Positions 18,902 through 32,324 of a stretch of DNA of 64,000 nt are shown piece by piece. Source of the DNA: Salpingoeca rosetta (taxonomy: Eukaryota; Protista; Choanoflagellata). Below the pieces are notes generated by a model, which worked only from the letters and a program-made list of their open reading frames with translations, was not told where the DNA came from and made no database searches. Made by a program: the position numbers and the translations under genes. The stretch spans positions 466,943-530,942 of the forward strand of contig JAWQFM010000036.1 in the NCBI GenBank assembly GCA_033442325.1. The letters run 5' to 3'. Positions within the stretch are counted from its first letter, which is position 1, and every line of letters begins with the position of its first letter.

Positions 18902-19408
18902 CTTCTCCCTTTTGCTTGACCAACACAAACAGGACTGAATTCAGTTGCAGCTGTTGTGAAATGCGAAAATGTGTCCATTTTGATGTGATACGCGAATGCA
19001 GCAAACCCCTCCTTTATTTCGCTTGACCGTTGTTCCCGCCAGCCGTTTCAACGGACACTGTGCCTTTCTTCTCCTCTCCTCCTCTCACTGAAAGTGAGAC
19101 ACCAGTGCTCTCCTACTTGCTAGCTCTCTTCTTCTTTTCCTTTCCTCACACACGCACACACACACACACACACACACAGACACGGCCCACATAACTTTCT
19201 CCTTCTCCCTCTCCCCCTCCCCATCGTTTCTCTCGCCCTCGTCACGTGCCGGCTCCTTCTCTCGAGCTCTCGGTCTTCCTCCTTCCTCCCAACCTGCATA
19301 CTCGACACATAGCCCTGCTCCTCGATCTAGACGGGCGTGGCAGAGTCGACTGCTCAAGCTTTGTTCACCATTGAGCGACGCCACGCAGTTTTCCATCGAT
19401 CGGCCACC

Positions 19409-21065
19409 ATGCTCAAGTCCACCTCCAGCAACAGGAGGCGATTGCCCGTGGCCGCGACGGCATTCTGTCTACTAATGTTATGCGCAGCATCCCTATCCAC
19501 GCAATGTACGTTAGACACGTGTGTGGGTGTGTGGGTGCTTGTATGACCACCATTTTTGTTGTTCTTGGGGGCTTGGACTTGTGCGTGCCTGCGTGTGTGT
19601 GTGAGCCCGAGTGCGAGCTCTCACTCATGCTCACTCAAACAAACGCGTCGACTCACCTGACTGATGCATACGCGCACATGTGCTTGTGGTTGACACATGT
19701 GTAGACGGTGCAACAGGCGCTGTCACGTCGGATTACACGCCCTTTACAAATGTCAAGGCGATCGCTCCACTCACAGATGACTTTGGTGCGTGCTCATTGT
19801 GTCATCTTGCTGCGCTTCACGTCATGTGTGTGCGTGTATGTGCGGACGTGCGTGTGCGTGAGTGTGTGTCGGTGGTATTCAAAGCTTCGCATCGCCTTCT
19901 GTCGCGTTGCGACGTGTTGTGTTGTGGCGGCTGTAGGAAGGGTTTGGTGACGGCCTACATCTGAGTATCCTGGTCGCGTTATCCAATCACTCACTTGCTT
20001 GCATGTGTCCATGCGCATTGTTTCTGCTGTTCTGGTCCAGATTACGACCTGCGATGCAAGTCAACGGTTCGTCCACGGCGCCAGCGGCTGTCTGGCTTTC
20101 TCCGCAACATCAACCCGGAGCTGAGGGTTGAACAATGCACGTTCAAGAAGCAGTACGAAGGCTTTGAGTGGCGCCGCGGGTTCAAGTACGTGCAGCTGGA
20201 CGCATGTGAGCTCAGGTGCTCTGATCCCAACGCCCGGCCGCAGGACGACAACCGCCGACACACCGCCGTCGCCCTGGCCTTCTGCACCAACACAGGATGG
20301 GCGGTGCGCGTGGAACGGCTGTCGCCACGGCGCAAGCCCGTACAGGGCCACCTCTCGTGCGTTTGCAAGGACGACTACACGCTCAACGAAGACACGGGCT
20401 TGTGCGAGCTTCGGTTCGCCAGGATCACCGTTACCGCCACCGTCACATTTGTGCGCCTGACGACTGGGCGAGGCAGCACAGTTGCGGCTTTGGAAGACGA
20501 AATTAACGCCATCTTGAGCGTGCCCGATCATCGCACGCAGATTGACAGCGTGCAAACGTACACCGACGAGCGGGTGGTGTATCCAGGAGTGGGCGCGCGT
20601 CAGTGCGACACACAGGAGCGTGGTGTTGTTGACATTGATGTTTTCGTCGCACACGATGACGTTGAGGTTGCGCTTGCACGCTTGGACGATGCAATTGCGC
20701 AGAGGTTTCGAGCTGCGCTGTTGCCGTTTGCAGCTAATCGCGAGGTGCGCCAGTGTCTGCGGGTGGAGACGCGTGTGCGTGCGCGCACCAACTTCCAGGA
20801 CCTTCCAACGGCCCCGTCTTCCTCCACATCGACATCCACATCGACGTCAACATCGACATTGACAACGACGACGACAACGACGACGACGACTACAAGTACT
20901 ACCACTACCACCAACACCACCACCACGACGAGCACAACCACGATCACAACAACAACCACGATCACAACAACAACCACAAGCACCACGACCACAACCACGA
21001 CCACAACCACCACCACCACCACCACCACCACCACCACCACCACCACCACGGCCACGACCATGACC

Positions 21066-21114
<49 letters not shown>

Positions 21115-21119
21115 CTACC

Positions 21120-21168
<49 letters not shown>

Positions 21169-23670
21169 CTGAGACAACAACAACAACAACAAAGGCACCG
21201 CCTCCATCTCGCTTGCCGACGCTGCCACCATCAACATCGACGTACATGTCCACGACAGAGTGGGCCACCACTTCCTCAACCTCGACAACATTCACCTCCA
21301 GTTCAAGCACCGTCCCTTTGACGTCGACCACCACCACGACCACAACCACCCTTCCCTACGACTTGCTGGATGAAGTCAGCGACTACGCGACATTCGTCTC
21401 CAACCAGGTGTGCCACTCTCGCTGCGATTGCGTTCGGGCAAACGTGATCCGGTGCATTGCAGTATATGTGCATGTCTGTGCATGATGTGCATGATGTACA
21501 TGATGTGCATTCGTGCTCAGTTGTGTATGACGCTTATTCCCGCTGTTGTCCCCCACTCACTACTCACCATCACATACTCACGTACCCGTCATGTACTCCC
21601 CTTCATTCTCACCTTGTCCGTGGTTAGACGCGCGCTGGCTGCACACGTTCCGTGTTGTCGACCAACGGCTACTACCTCCTCTCTGGCGCAGCTTCTGGCG
21701 TGCAGCAAGCCGGGTGTGAACGCGGTGGTGGCTGCAGCTGCTTCCACTTTGAGGAATGCAACGACCCCGAGGGTGAGTGCCAAGTCGCCTTGCTGTTGCT
21801 GCAAATGGTGCTGATTGACACTCTTCTGTACTTGCGTACGTGATGTGCGTTCAAGTAACTGCTTGCAAGCAAACGAACTCGCCCGCTGGCGTTGCTGCTG
21901 TTGTTTTTGCTGATCACTCAATCACTCACAAACATGGCTTTCGCATCTACCATGTACATCCTTTTTCGGATGTGTCACAATGCAGGCATGACATGCATGG
22001 AGGTGTACGAGTGCGAGACCAAGAGCGGCAGCGCCGACAGCTGCTACACCTTTGACGAGTGCGTGGAGGATGACTTCCACATTGAGGCCATCATGGCAGT
22101 GTCGTGCAACGACAACCAGCTGCTGGAGACCTTCAACAACACCATGCTGGACGACTTTGCTGTCGACCTCAAGGCATCGCTCATCGAGGACTGCAGCGAC
22201 CTTCCTCTGGTGCGTTTGTGATTGTGATGATGGTGATTGTTGCACTTTTGCGCTGTTGTGCGGCACCGATCCTAGCTTGCCTGAGCGTGCTGGCTTGCTT
22301 GGTGCATGGTGTTGCTTTCGCTACATTGAACTGACGTTGTTTTCCCTTGCTTCCTGTTACGTCCACCACCCAACGCACGCGTGTACAGCAATGCCATGTC
22401 AAGTCTGATGACTACACGGACATTGAGGTTCTGGACAACAGCACCTTTGTCATCGGCGTCTACAAGCCAAACGTGAGTTGAGCTTGCCTTAATGTGATGT
22501 GGGCTGAGATCTTTGTCGTTTGTGTCATCGTGTCTGCTCTGTACAACCGTTCTACGAGCCGACTATAGCTCACGCTCACATGCTCACGCACACACACACA
22601 CACACATACACATGCACACGCGTAACTTGGAGATTCACACAACCTTACAAACTCCCTTCCCACACATTGTCCAGTAGATTGCTTCCTCTTCTGGAAGGTA
22701 TTGACGACTGATAGAGCTTATGAAGCGTAGGCGCTATCATCTGACTGAGCGATTTGTCCTGACCGTGTTTACGAGTGCCAGGGCGATTCACTATCTTGAG
22801 ACTCAGCTTGATGCCCTACCGTCCGTTTCTCACATATCTAACTATGTGCGTACTGGAGCACAGCATTCTGCGCGCCTGCACCATGGGCTCATTGGTTGCA
22901 ACTAATACCCTGCGACGAAGAAGATGCAGAGGACGCCGTGACAGCGCCATGAACGGATGAAACGAAGGGCACACGTACGTGCGGGAGCCGAAGAAGTACG
23001 TCGGGCCGTCAATTGCTGGAATACGATTGCCCGAGATGGGGTAAGTGNNNNNNNNNNNNNNNNNNNNNNNNNNNNNNNNNNNNNNNNNNNNNNNNNNNNN
23101 NNNNNNNNNNNNNNNNNNNNNNNNNNNNNNNNNNNNNNNNNNNNNNNNNNNNNNNNNNNNNNNNNNNNNNNNNNNNNNNNNNNNNNNNNNNNNNNNNNNN
23201 NNNNNNNNNNNNNNNNNNNNNNNNNNNNNNNNNNNNNNNNNNNNNNNNNNNNNNNNNNNNNNNNNTCTCCTTCCACCTCTACCTTCTCTCCGACGCTGCT
23301 TGCATCGACGGCGTCGACGACAGAAGGCAGCACTACAACGGCCACGGCGACCACAGCGGCCACCACCACAACGACAACCACGATGACCACCGTTGCTACC
23401 ATTTGGTCCGGCAGTGGTGGTGTTGAGGTGACACTTGACACTCAGGCGGCATCTACATTCACATCTTTGTCCACAGCCCGACTGTCCACCACCACCACCA
23501 CCACCGCCGCCACAACAACAGCAACACCATCAGCAACAACAGCAACACCATCAGCAACAACAACAACTGAGACAACAACTACAACCACAACCACTACTTC
23601 AACCACGAGCACCACGAGCTCAACCAGCACCACCACCATGGCCAGTGCCATGTCTAGTACGATTAGCAGC

Positions 23671-23761
<91 letters not shown>

Positions 23762-23793
23762 CTGAGACAACAACAACAACAACAACAACTGAG

Positions 23794-23824
<31 letters not shown>

Positions 23825-25863
23825 CTGAGACAACAACAACAACAACAACTGAGACAACAACAACAACTGAGACAACAACAACAACTGAGACAACAACAAC
23901 AACTGAGACAACAACAACAACCTCTGGCTCAGGATCTGGTGAACTTGAGAATTCAAGTTTCAGGCATGCCAGCTACCACCGCGATGATGATAGCGACCAT
24001 AACCACGACCACGACCATGATGAGTACGGCATTGATGTCGGCAGGCAACGCCACAATGACTGATCGCGCTCACGAGAAAAGAGATTGAGTGCAGTGGCAC
24101 GCGCTTGCCGTTACTATTTATCGCATCAAACCTGAACCAATTCGGTGTGCAGGCCCAGCGCACTCTCGGCAGTGGTGTGTAGTGGTTAGCACCACCACGT
24201 TGTTGTGCGTGCGTGCGGCCGTGCTTGAGTGATGTACAAAGACTGCATTGCAAGCCCTGCAACAAGCATTTCTGTTCATATCCAGCCATGTTTGACTTCG
24301 TTTCGTGTTATTTCTCAACACTTGAACCGGCCAGTGGCAACATGCAGGCATGCGTTGGTGCTGGTGGTGGGGTAGATGTTGTCTCGTGTTGTGTGTGTGT
24401 GTGTGTGTGTTGTCTGTCTCTTGTGGTTTGGCCCTTTCGGGTCATGGAACAATGACCATCTATTGTTGCTTCTTTTTAATCGAACTCACACCCAACGCAG
24501 CTGTGTGCACGCTTTGTGTGGCTGGCTTCCTTAATCCTCTTTGGTTGTGCGCGCGTGCACATTTCATTTATGCGTACACTGCCTTCGTGCAACTTGTATG
24601 CGTATGTGTTTCCTTGGCTTGGTGATTGAATGTAACACTCTGAACAGACGCGTTTGTTGCATGATGTCGTGACATTGCGTGCGTTATGGATCTCTTGCTT
24701 CCCTCACTGAATAAACAACACACACTTGCATCATCATCTTCATCATCATGTGCCTGCACGCATCTCGTGTAAACATTTGTCGTTGTATTTGGGAACGGGT
24801 CGCACGAGCGAACGCGGGTGCGTGAACGTGTGTGTCTGCGTGCAGACGAGACAATATGCAACGCAACGTGAAGGTTACAACGCAAGCAAGCAGCAACAGC
24901 CGCAGCAAAACATGCCACTTTTAGAAGGCACGCACCCAAACAAAGTGCGCTGAGGTGGGGTAGGAGGGGAGTTACAACGCGTTGCATGTGTGTGTGTGTG
25001 TTTGTGTGTTTTGCACGTGAGGGTGGTGGGCACATGGCTCAAACAACATCACCACAAACAACATACTACATCGCACACGTGCAACAAGGGGCACTCAGCA
25101 TCAATCCGTGATGTGGCCAAAGCATCTTAAGATTGTCAGGTCTTCTNNNNNNNNNNNNNNNNNNNNNNNNNNNNNNNNNNNNNNNNNNNNNNNNNNNNNN
25201 NNNNNNNNNNNNNNNNNNNNNNNNNNNNNNNNNNNNNNNNNNNNNNCATCAACAACAACAACAATGGAGACATCAACTACAACAACAACAACAGAGACAA
25301 CAACAACGACAACTGAGACAACTGAGACAACAACAACTGATACAACTGCGAGAACAACAACTGAGACAACAACAACTGAGACAACAAGTGCGCCCCCCTC
25401 CACTGGGTCCGGGACTGGTACGATTCCCATGCCAACTTCAGTCACGACGAGCACGGGCTCTCCTTCCACCTCTACCTTCTCTCCGACGCTGCTTGCATCG
25501 ACGGCGTCGACGACAGAAGGCAGCACTACAACGGCCACGGCGACCACAGCGGCCACCACCACAACGACAACCACGATGACCACCGTTGCTACCATTTGGT
25601 CCGGCAGTGGTGGTGTTGAGGTGACACTTGACACTCAGGCGGCATCTACATTCACATCTTTGTCCACAGCCCGACTGTCCACCACCACCACCACCACCGC
25701 CGCCACAACAACAGCAACACCATCAGCAACAACAGCAACACCATCAGCAACAACAACAACTGAGACAACAACTACAACCACAACCACTACTTCAACCACG
25801 AGCACCACGAGCTCAACCAGCACCACCACCATGGCCAGTGCCATGTCTAGTACGATTAGCAGC

Positions 25864-25954
<91 letters not shown>

Positions 25955-25986
25955 CTGAGACAACAACAACAACAACAACAACTGAG

Positions 25987-26017
<31 letters not shown>

Positions 26018-26256
26018 CTGAGACAACAACAACAACAACAACTGAGACAACAACAACAACTGAGACAACAACAACAACTGAGACAACAACAACAACTGAG
26101 ACAACAACAACAACCTCTGGCTCAGGATCTGGTGAACTTGAGAATTCAAGTTTCAGGCATGCCAGCTACCACCGCGATGATGATAGCGACCATAACCACG
26201 ACCACGACCATGATGAGTACGGCATTGATGTCGGCAGGCAACGCCACAATGACTGA
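19409..26256 (+). CDS. Secreted mucin-like protein with Cys-rich (sushi/EGF-like) and possible SEA-like domains and long poly-Thr tracts; middle part lost in assembly gaps
   Basis: GCCACCATG start; signal-like AATAFCLLMLCAASLS; exons at about 19409-19506, 19706-19786, 20041-21407, 21628-21772, 21986-22209, 22389-22472; Thr-rich terminal exon 25247-26256 (copy at 23266-24063). Linkage across the gaps is inferred. Confidence 0.65.
23048..23265. other. Assembly gap (other gaps at 25147-25246 and 35757-35856)
   Basis: Runs of N. Confidence 1.
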
Positions 26257-27333
26257 TCGCGCTCACGAGAAAAGAGATTGAGTGCAGTGGCACGCGCTTG
26301 CCGTTACTATTTATCGCATCAAACCTGAACCAATTCGGTGTGCAGGCCCAGCGCACTCTCGGCAGTGGTGTGTAGTGGTTAGCACCACCACGTTGTTGTG
26401 CGTGCGTGCGGCCGTGCTTGAGTGATGTACAAAGACTGCATTGCAAGCCCTGCAACAAGCATTTCTGTTCATATCCAGCCATGTTTGACTTCGTTTCGTG
26501 TTATTTCTCAACACTTGAACCGGCCAGTGGCAACATGCAGGCATGCGTTGGTGCTGGTGGTGGGGTAGATGTTGTCTCGTGTTGTGTGTGTGTGTGTGTG
26601 TGTTGTCTGTCTCTTGTGGTTTGGCCCTTTCGGGTCATGGAACAATGACCATCTATTGTTGCTTCTTTTTAATCGAACTCACACCCAACGCAGCTGTGTG
26701 CACGCTTTGTGTGGCTGGCTTCCTTAATCCTCTTTGGTTGTGCGCGCGTGCACATTTCATTTATGCGTACACTGCCTTCGTGCAACTTGTATGCGTATGT
26801 GTTTCCTTGGCTTGGTGATTGAATGTAACACTCTGAACAGACGCGTTTGTTGCATGATGTCGTGACATTGCGTGCGTTATGGATCTCTTGCTTCCCTCAC
26901 TGAATAAACAACACACACTTGCATCATCATCTTCATCATCATGTGCCTGCACGCATCTCGTGTAAACATTTGTCGTTGTATTTGGGAACGGGTCGCACGA
27001 GCGAACGCGGGTGCGTGAACGTGTGTGTCTGCGTGCAGACGAGACAATATGCAACGCAACGTGAAGGTTACAACGCAAGCAAGCAGCAACAGCCGCAGCA
27101 AAACATGCCACTTTTAGAAGGCACGCACCCAAACAAAGTGCGCTGAGGTGGGGTAGGAGGGGAGTTACAACGCGTTGCATGTGTGTGTGTGTGTTTGTGT
27201 GTTTTGCACGTGAGGGTGGTGGGCACATGGCTCAAACAACATCACCACAAACAACATACTACATCGCACACGTGCAACAAGGGGCACTCAGCATCAATCC
27301 GTGGATGTGGCCAAAGCATCTTAGATTGTCAGG
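23266..27333 (+). repeat. Near-identical direct duplication, 23266-25140 vs 25459-27333 (offset 2193), next to N gaps; probably an assembly artefact
   Basis: The ORF track is duplicated at a constant offset; the visible differences are in the last ~40 nt before the gap at 25147. Confidence 0.85.
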
Positions 27334-27362
27334 TCCAGTCACACGCACACACACACACACAG

Positions 27363-27399
<37 letters not shown>

Positions 27400-27416
27400 C
27401 ACACACATATGCGCAC

Positions 27417-27554
27417 GTTTTGGCGGGCGCCGGCAGTGATGATGCAGATGTCGGAGTTTCTGGTCTCCTCGTAGTCGAGACCAGACGCGCGCACGCGACA
27501 GGGAAGGAACAGGCCCGCGTGTTGCAGATCAAGCACCTGTCAACACGTGAGTGA

Positions 27555-27637
<83 letters not shown>

Positions 27638-28527
27638 GTGCATTTGGCAAGGCAGACGGGGTAGAGGGAGTTGAGGGAGTGTGACGAGATGGGTCGAGTC
27701 CGTGGTTGCGTGCAGTGATGTCGTGTCGTACTACAGTAGCCACCATGGACCACAGAGGCATCCGCAACTACACACACACACACACACACACACATGCACG
27801 CAAGCACACACACGCACGCAAGCACACACACACACATGCACGCACACACACACACACACATGCACGCAAGCACACACGCACACACACACACACACGGCGC
27901 AAAGCTTTGGTTGATGGCAGTGCATCTTGTGTTGATGTCATGCACGGGTTACCTCGCCTTGAAGGCGCTCCTGTTGCACATCAGCCAGGACGAGCTCTCC
28001 CACGATGCCCTTCGGATACGCACGGGTGACGCGGTGGGTTGGAGTGAGGTGAAGGCGGGGTGACGCTGTTCAAGCGAATGTCGCACGAGGGTTGACACAT
28101 CGACAGAGAGACGAGCAGAGAGACCGAGAGGCAAATAGAGAGACAGAGAGACAAACAGAGAGGCATTGGGACGAACAGAGAGACATAGGGGCGAGCAGAG
28201 GGATAGAGAGCTAGAAAGACAGAGAGACAGGCACGCACACGCACACGCACGCACACACATACACACACACATACACACACACACGCACGCACGCACAAAG
28301 AACATCACGCATCTTTGCTTACTTTGTTGAGGAGGGAGTATGCGCAGGCCATGCCGACGCCGCCAACGCCGACGATGGTCACCTTGTGCCGGCGGCCCTC
28401 TGGCGCAATCATAACAGAAGCACAAAGCCAAGGCGTGAGAGTACATGTGTCGAAGTGGCCAACTAGGAGGGGATCAGTCTTGCCTTCATATGAACACGCA
28501 AACACACATCTAGATCTGCGAGCACAC

Positions 28528-28574
<47 letters not shown>

Positions 28575-28654
28575 GTGCCCAGCATGAACTTGCATGACTG
28601 ACCAAGAGCTGTGTGGTGGCCTTCGAGCCCCACGTTGGTGAACACGCTGTCCAT
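27417..28654 (-). pseudogene. LDH: L-lactate dehydrogenase, N-terminal ~100 aa only (4 exons); truncated or mis-assembled
   Basis: MDSVFTNV..|EGRRHKVTIVGVGGVGMACAYSLLNK|[19 protein letters not shown]|VLDLQHAGLFL..DYEETRNSDICIITAGARQN. ITAGARQ is typical of LDH. No NPVD or GEHG exons seen downstream. Confidence 0.75.
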
Positions 28655-29059
28655 AGTTGGTGTTGTGAATTCGTTCCTTGTGGCTTCACTTGATGCACCT
28701 GAACAGCACGTGGGTTGTGGATGAATGGGCAAAGAAGCAAACCAAAGACGCCTGCCTGCGTATGGGCGGGCGAGCAAGCTCACAGGCACACGTGCCTTGA
28801 ACAGATACGAAGCAAGCAGCACCGGCAGCAGCCCAAGCCCACCACACGACCGCAGCTGGTCCTCACACCATCCCATTACCCATCCACCATCACCATCACC
28901 ACCATCACCATCACACCACGAAGAAGCAATCGATGCATTCACTGGTTGTGTGCGGCAACGGCGAAGGTTTTTCATGACGCAATCAAACTCGCAAGCAGCA
29001 AGAAAACCGGACACACACACACACGCTCACACACACACGCACACACACACAGCCACAGC

Positions 29060-29110
<51 letters not shown>

Positions 29111-29198
29111 ACACAGCGAGTGGGGTAACGCAGGCAGGAAGAAAGGACGAAAGGAAGAAAGTCCAACACACAGGAGGGGAAAGGCACACCCGAGCACA

Positions 29199-32100
29199 TC
29201 ACGTGCGTGTGACGACTACATCAAGAGTCGTGGTGGCAGTGGCGGTGGTCACCACCACCACTTCAGCAATGGGGCCGGCGTGTGGTGCGGGCGCAGAGCC
29301 GCGGCCACGCAGAGGAAAGTGATGACGGCTAGCATCGTCGCCTGGTTTGCCTTGGGTAATGGTGTGTACGTGGTTGGAGGGACGAGGTGAGGTGGTGTGA
29401 TGTGATGGGAGGTGCAGTGCGATGAAGAGTGGCAGAGAAGAACGACAACAACAAGCGAAAACAACAGCTACCAGAGAAGGACGCACACACACACACACAC
29501 ACACATCTCTCACACGAAAACAAGCGAAAACAACAGCTACCAGAGAAGGACGCACACACACACACACACATCTCTCACACGAAAAAAGCGAAAACAACAG
29601 CTACCAGAGAAGGACGCACACACACATCTCACCTGGCAAGAGAAGAGAGATTGGCAGGGTTGCACCGTTGACATCATCACCATCGTCACCTACATCACCC
29701 CCATTACGGCTGATGACAGCACTTGTCGCCGTCATACCAGCATCAAGATGCAGACGAACCACCCACTCGCTCGTGACAGCACCACCGCATCTGTGGTCGG
29801 GTGCAATGAACACACGCACGCGCCACGAGTTGTCACCGTCATCGCGATGTGTTGCGTTCATTGCACTCGTTGTCATGCGCACACGCACGCAGGCATCGCC
29901 ACCACCACCACCACCACCACCACCACCATCATCACGGTTGCTGCTGTACCTCTCTTGCGCATACACCACCTTCTCAACACCATTGCCACCACAATCAACA
30001 CCACCATCGCCAAACATTGGGAATGCCTCGAGTGTGAGCGATGACCAATCCTGCAGCGCTGCGCGTGTGCCCGGGTGGGTGGCCGTCACCAACATGCCGC
30101 CTTTGCGGTGCCACATTGGCAGCTGCTCATATGGCATGGTGACGTTCATCCACGCTGGGCCAGTCACCACCTTGCCCGTCCACGCATCCTGCCACGCCCC
30201 CGGCGGCACCCACACCGCGCGTTGCGTCATGTTAGCTGACGTGTCGAAGATGGGCGCAACGAGCGTTTCGTTGAGATGGATGTACTGGTGGTTGGACGCC
30301 GCGTCCGGTGCGTGCTCGGGCCAGAAGACATCGCCGCGCACCACCAGCGGGAACCCTGTGGCCGTCGCCGTCACGCCCGCGGAGATGAACGTGGGGATGA
30401 GCCGGTAGCGCAGGTCGAGGTAGTTGCGGATGGTGTCTTCGGTGTGGTTGTCGTACGACCACGGCTGGTGCTCTGCCCCGTGCAACCGCAGCACGGTGCC
30501 GAGCGAGCAGTGTGCAATCCAGCGCATGAGGTCACCTGCTGACCCCCTGTAGTCGCCGCCGCAGTCCGAGTGCACGTACGGCTTGAGATCATACACGCCC
30601 GTGTCCACCATGCTCTCGATGCTTGCCTGCAGGCAAACGCCGTCGCCCGTCCACCACACGGGGTAGCGGTGGTGCGCCACGTGCTCGTGTTGCGTCATGC
30701 CTGGCCGCTGGTCGCCGCCTGCAAACTTGTTGAGCGTGATGGGCCGCGGGAACGACGCCGGCCTGTGCTTGGCGTTGTACGTCTTGACTATGGAGTAGTA
30801 CACGTGCGCACCCCACGCACGGTTGTCCAAGCCCTGCCACTCTGCGCCCGTGGTGGTGGCGTTGACGTGTGGCGGCGGGATGGAGAACCCCCAGTTGGAG
30901 TCAAACCACCAATACGTGAGGCCGCGTGCCATCCACTCTGTAAGCCCGTGCCACCTGAACGCCACCTCCTTGGCGCTGGTCTGCGGGCCCTGCGGGTAAG
31001 GGTGGTCGTTGAAATAGGTGCGCACGTTGCGGGCGTGCAGGAAGTCGAACCACGCCGTGAAGTTTGGGAAGAGCGTGGTGTTGGGGTGGTTGTAGTAGTG
31101 GTCCTGGTTGTCGGTTGTGTTTCGCCAGTTCATGTCCAAGCCCCACACGTCCAATGGCAGCTTGTCTTCGATCCAGCGCGCCACCTCCCCTTCCGCCTCC
31201 GACTGCGTGTACGCGTGCCAGTACGTGAACCACGTGCCAAACGCAAAGTCTGGCAGCAGCGGCGTTGGGCCCGTCAGCGCCAGCAGTGTGCGGCGCCCGG
31301 CATGCCATGCATCCATACCTGCTGGTAGCGTGTTGCTGCTGGTGCTGCTGGTGCTGCTGTGTGCTTGCTGCCGAGGCATCAGGAAGATGTATGTATCTCC
31401 AACAACGTTGTTGCGGAAATCATAGCCGTTGGTGTCGTTCTTGGACAGGCTTTGTCCATGGCCATCAGGTCGATGACCGCCAACACCAAAGTTGCTGCCG
31501 CTGTGGGGCGTGGGGCCCCATGGTGGCACGTAGAAGCGCGGCCGGTCTTGGAAAGCAAAGGCATCTGCGCTCATGGGTGAGGGCCAGGCGAGGTTGGCAC
31601 TCACGTTGCCAACATCTGCGCTGCTCCACAGCACGGACGCGCCGTCTGCGGTGTACACGGTGACGGCGACGCCGGCCTGCGGTGGTGGTGGTATGTACCC
31701 GCCAAAGATGCGGTTCTGCGCCGGGTGGATGGGCCCGGAGATGGTGGCCATGAGCCAGCACGTGTGCGTATCTGCGGTGTCCCAGATCCAGGCGGTGCAG
31801 TCCTTGAGTGCCTGGCACTTGCTGCAGCACTGGGTCATGGTGGTGTTGTCGATGCCACCGGGGTACTCGGGCACGCGAGCGCCGTTTGTGATGTCGTAAC
31901 CTTGGCGCGGGTTCTCGCACATGGGCGGCGGCGGGCTGGGCGGCGGCACAGGGTGCTGCTCCAGCCGCAACAGATACGCGGACGTGGCAAGGAAGGTGAC
32001 ATTGCCGGACGCGTTGACCTTGTGGATGGGGACGCCTGGGTCAAACGCCGTTCTGTCAACCACGGCGAATGTGGTGCGGTCTTCGAACCCTTGCGGACCC

Positions 32101-32324
32101 CTCGGCTCCACACGCACCAGGTTCTCTGCGAGCGCCTGCACGCGCACATCCCCCACAATGATGATGGAGGAGGAGGAGGAGGAGGGAGGCCTTTTGAGCG
32201 GAACACCGCCAGCAGCGGCAGATACCGCCGCTAGTGTGTTGACGGCGATCAAGGCGCCAACAACAAGCAGCACCAGTGTCGCTGCCGTCGAAACACAAAC
32301 ACCACCACCACTGCCACACATCAT
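29199..32324 (-). CDS. Secreted glycoside hydrolase family 31 with an inserted PAN/apple-like module; 2 exons (32324-29633, 29350-29199)
   Basis: Hydrophobic signal region; PLLPDFAFGTWFT, LPLDVWGLDMNW, nucleophile motif TYWWFDSNW, acid/base motif HRYPVWWTGD, HSDCGG, YLDLRYRLIP, LVAPI, WVPPGAW; Cys module CENP..YDI..CCSKCQALKDCTAWIW..CWL. Confidence 0.9.
29451..29630. repeat. Three tandem copies of a ~65-70-bp unit (AAGCGAAAACAACAGCTACCAGAGAAGGACG(CA)nTCTC) in the GH31 intron
   Basis: Read directly from the sequence. Confidence 0.85.

Noticed and set aside
22620-23047. Possible additional mucin exon, and ORFs running through the N gap
   Set aside because: Degraded sequence next to a gap; ORFs spanning N runs are artefacts.
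23266-25140. Tandem duplication of the mucin 3' exon as a biological event
   Set aside because: Identical even in hypervariable repeat lengths, bounded by gaps, with differences only at the contig end; typical unmerged overlap.
30570-31328. Long antisense ORFs over GH31 (and over the poly-Thr tracts)
   Set aside because: Shadow frames of GC-rich or repetitive coding sequence.
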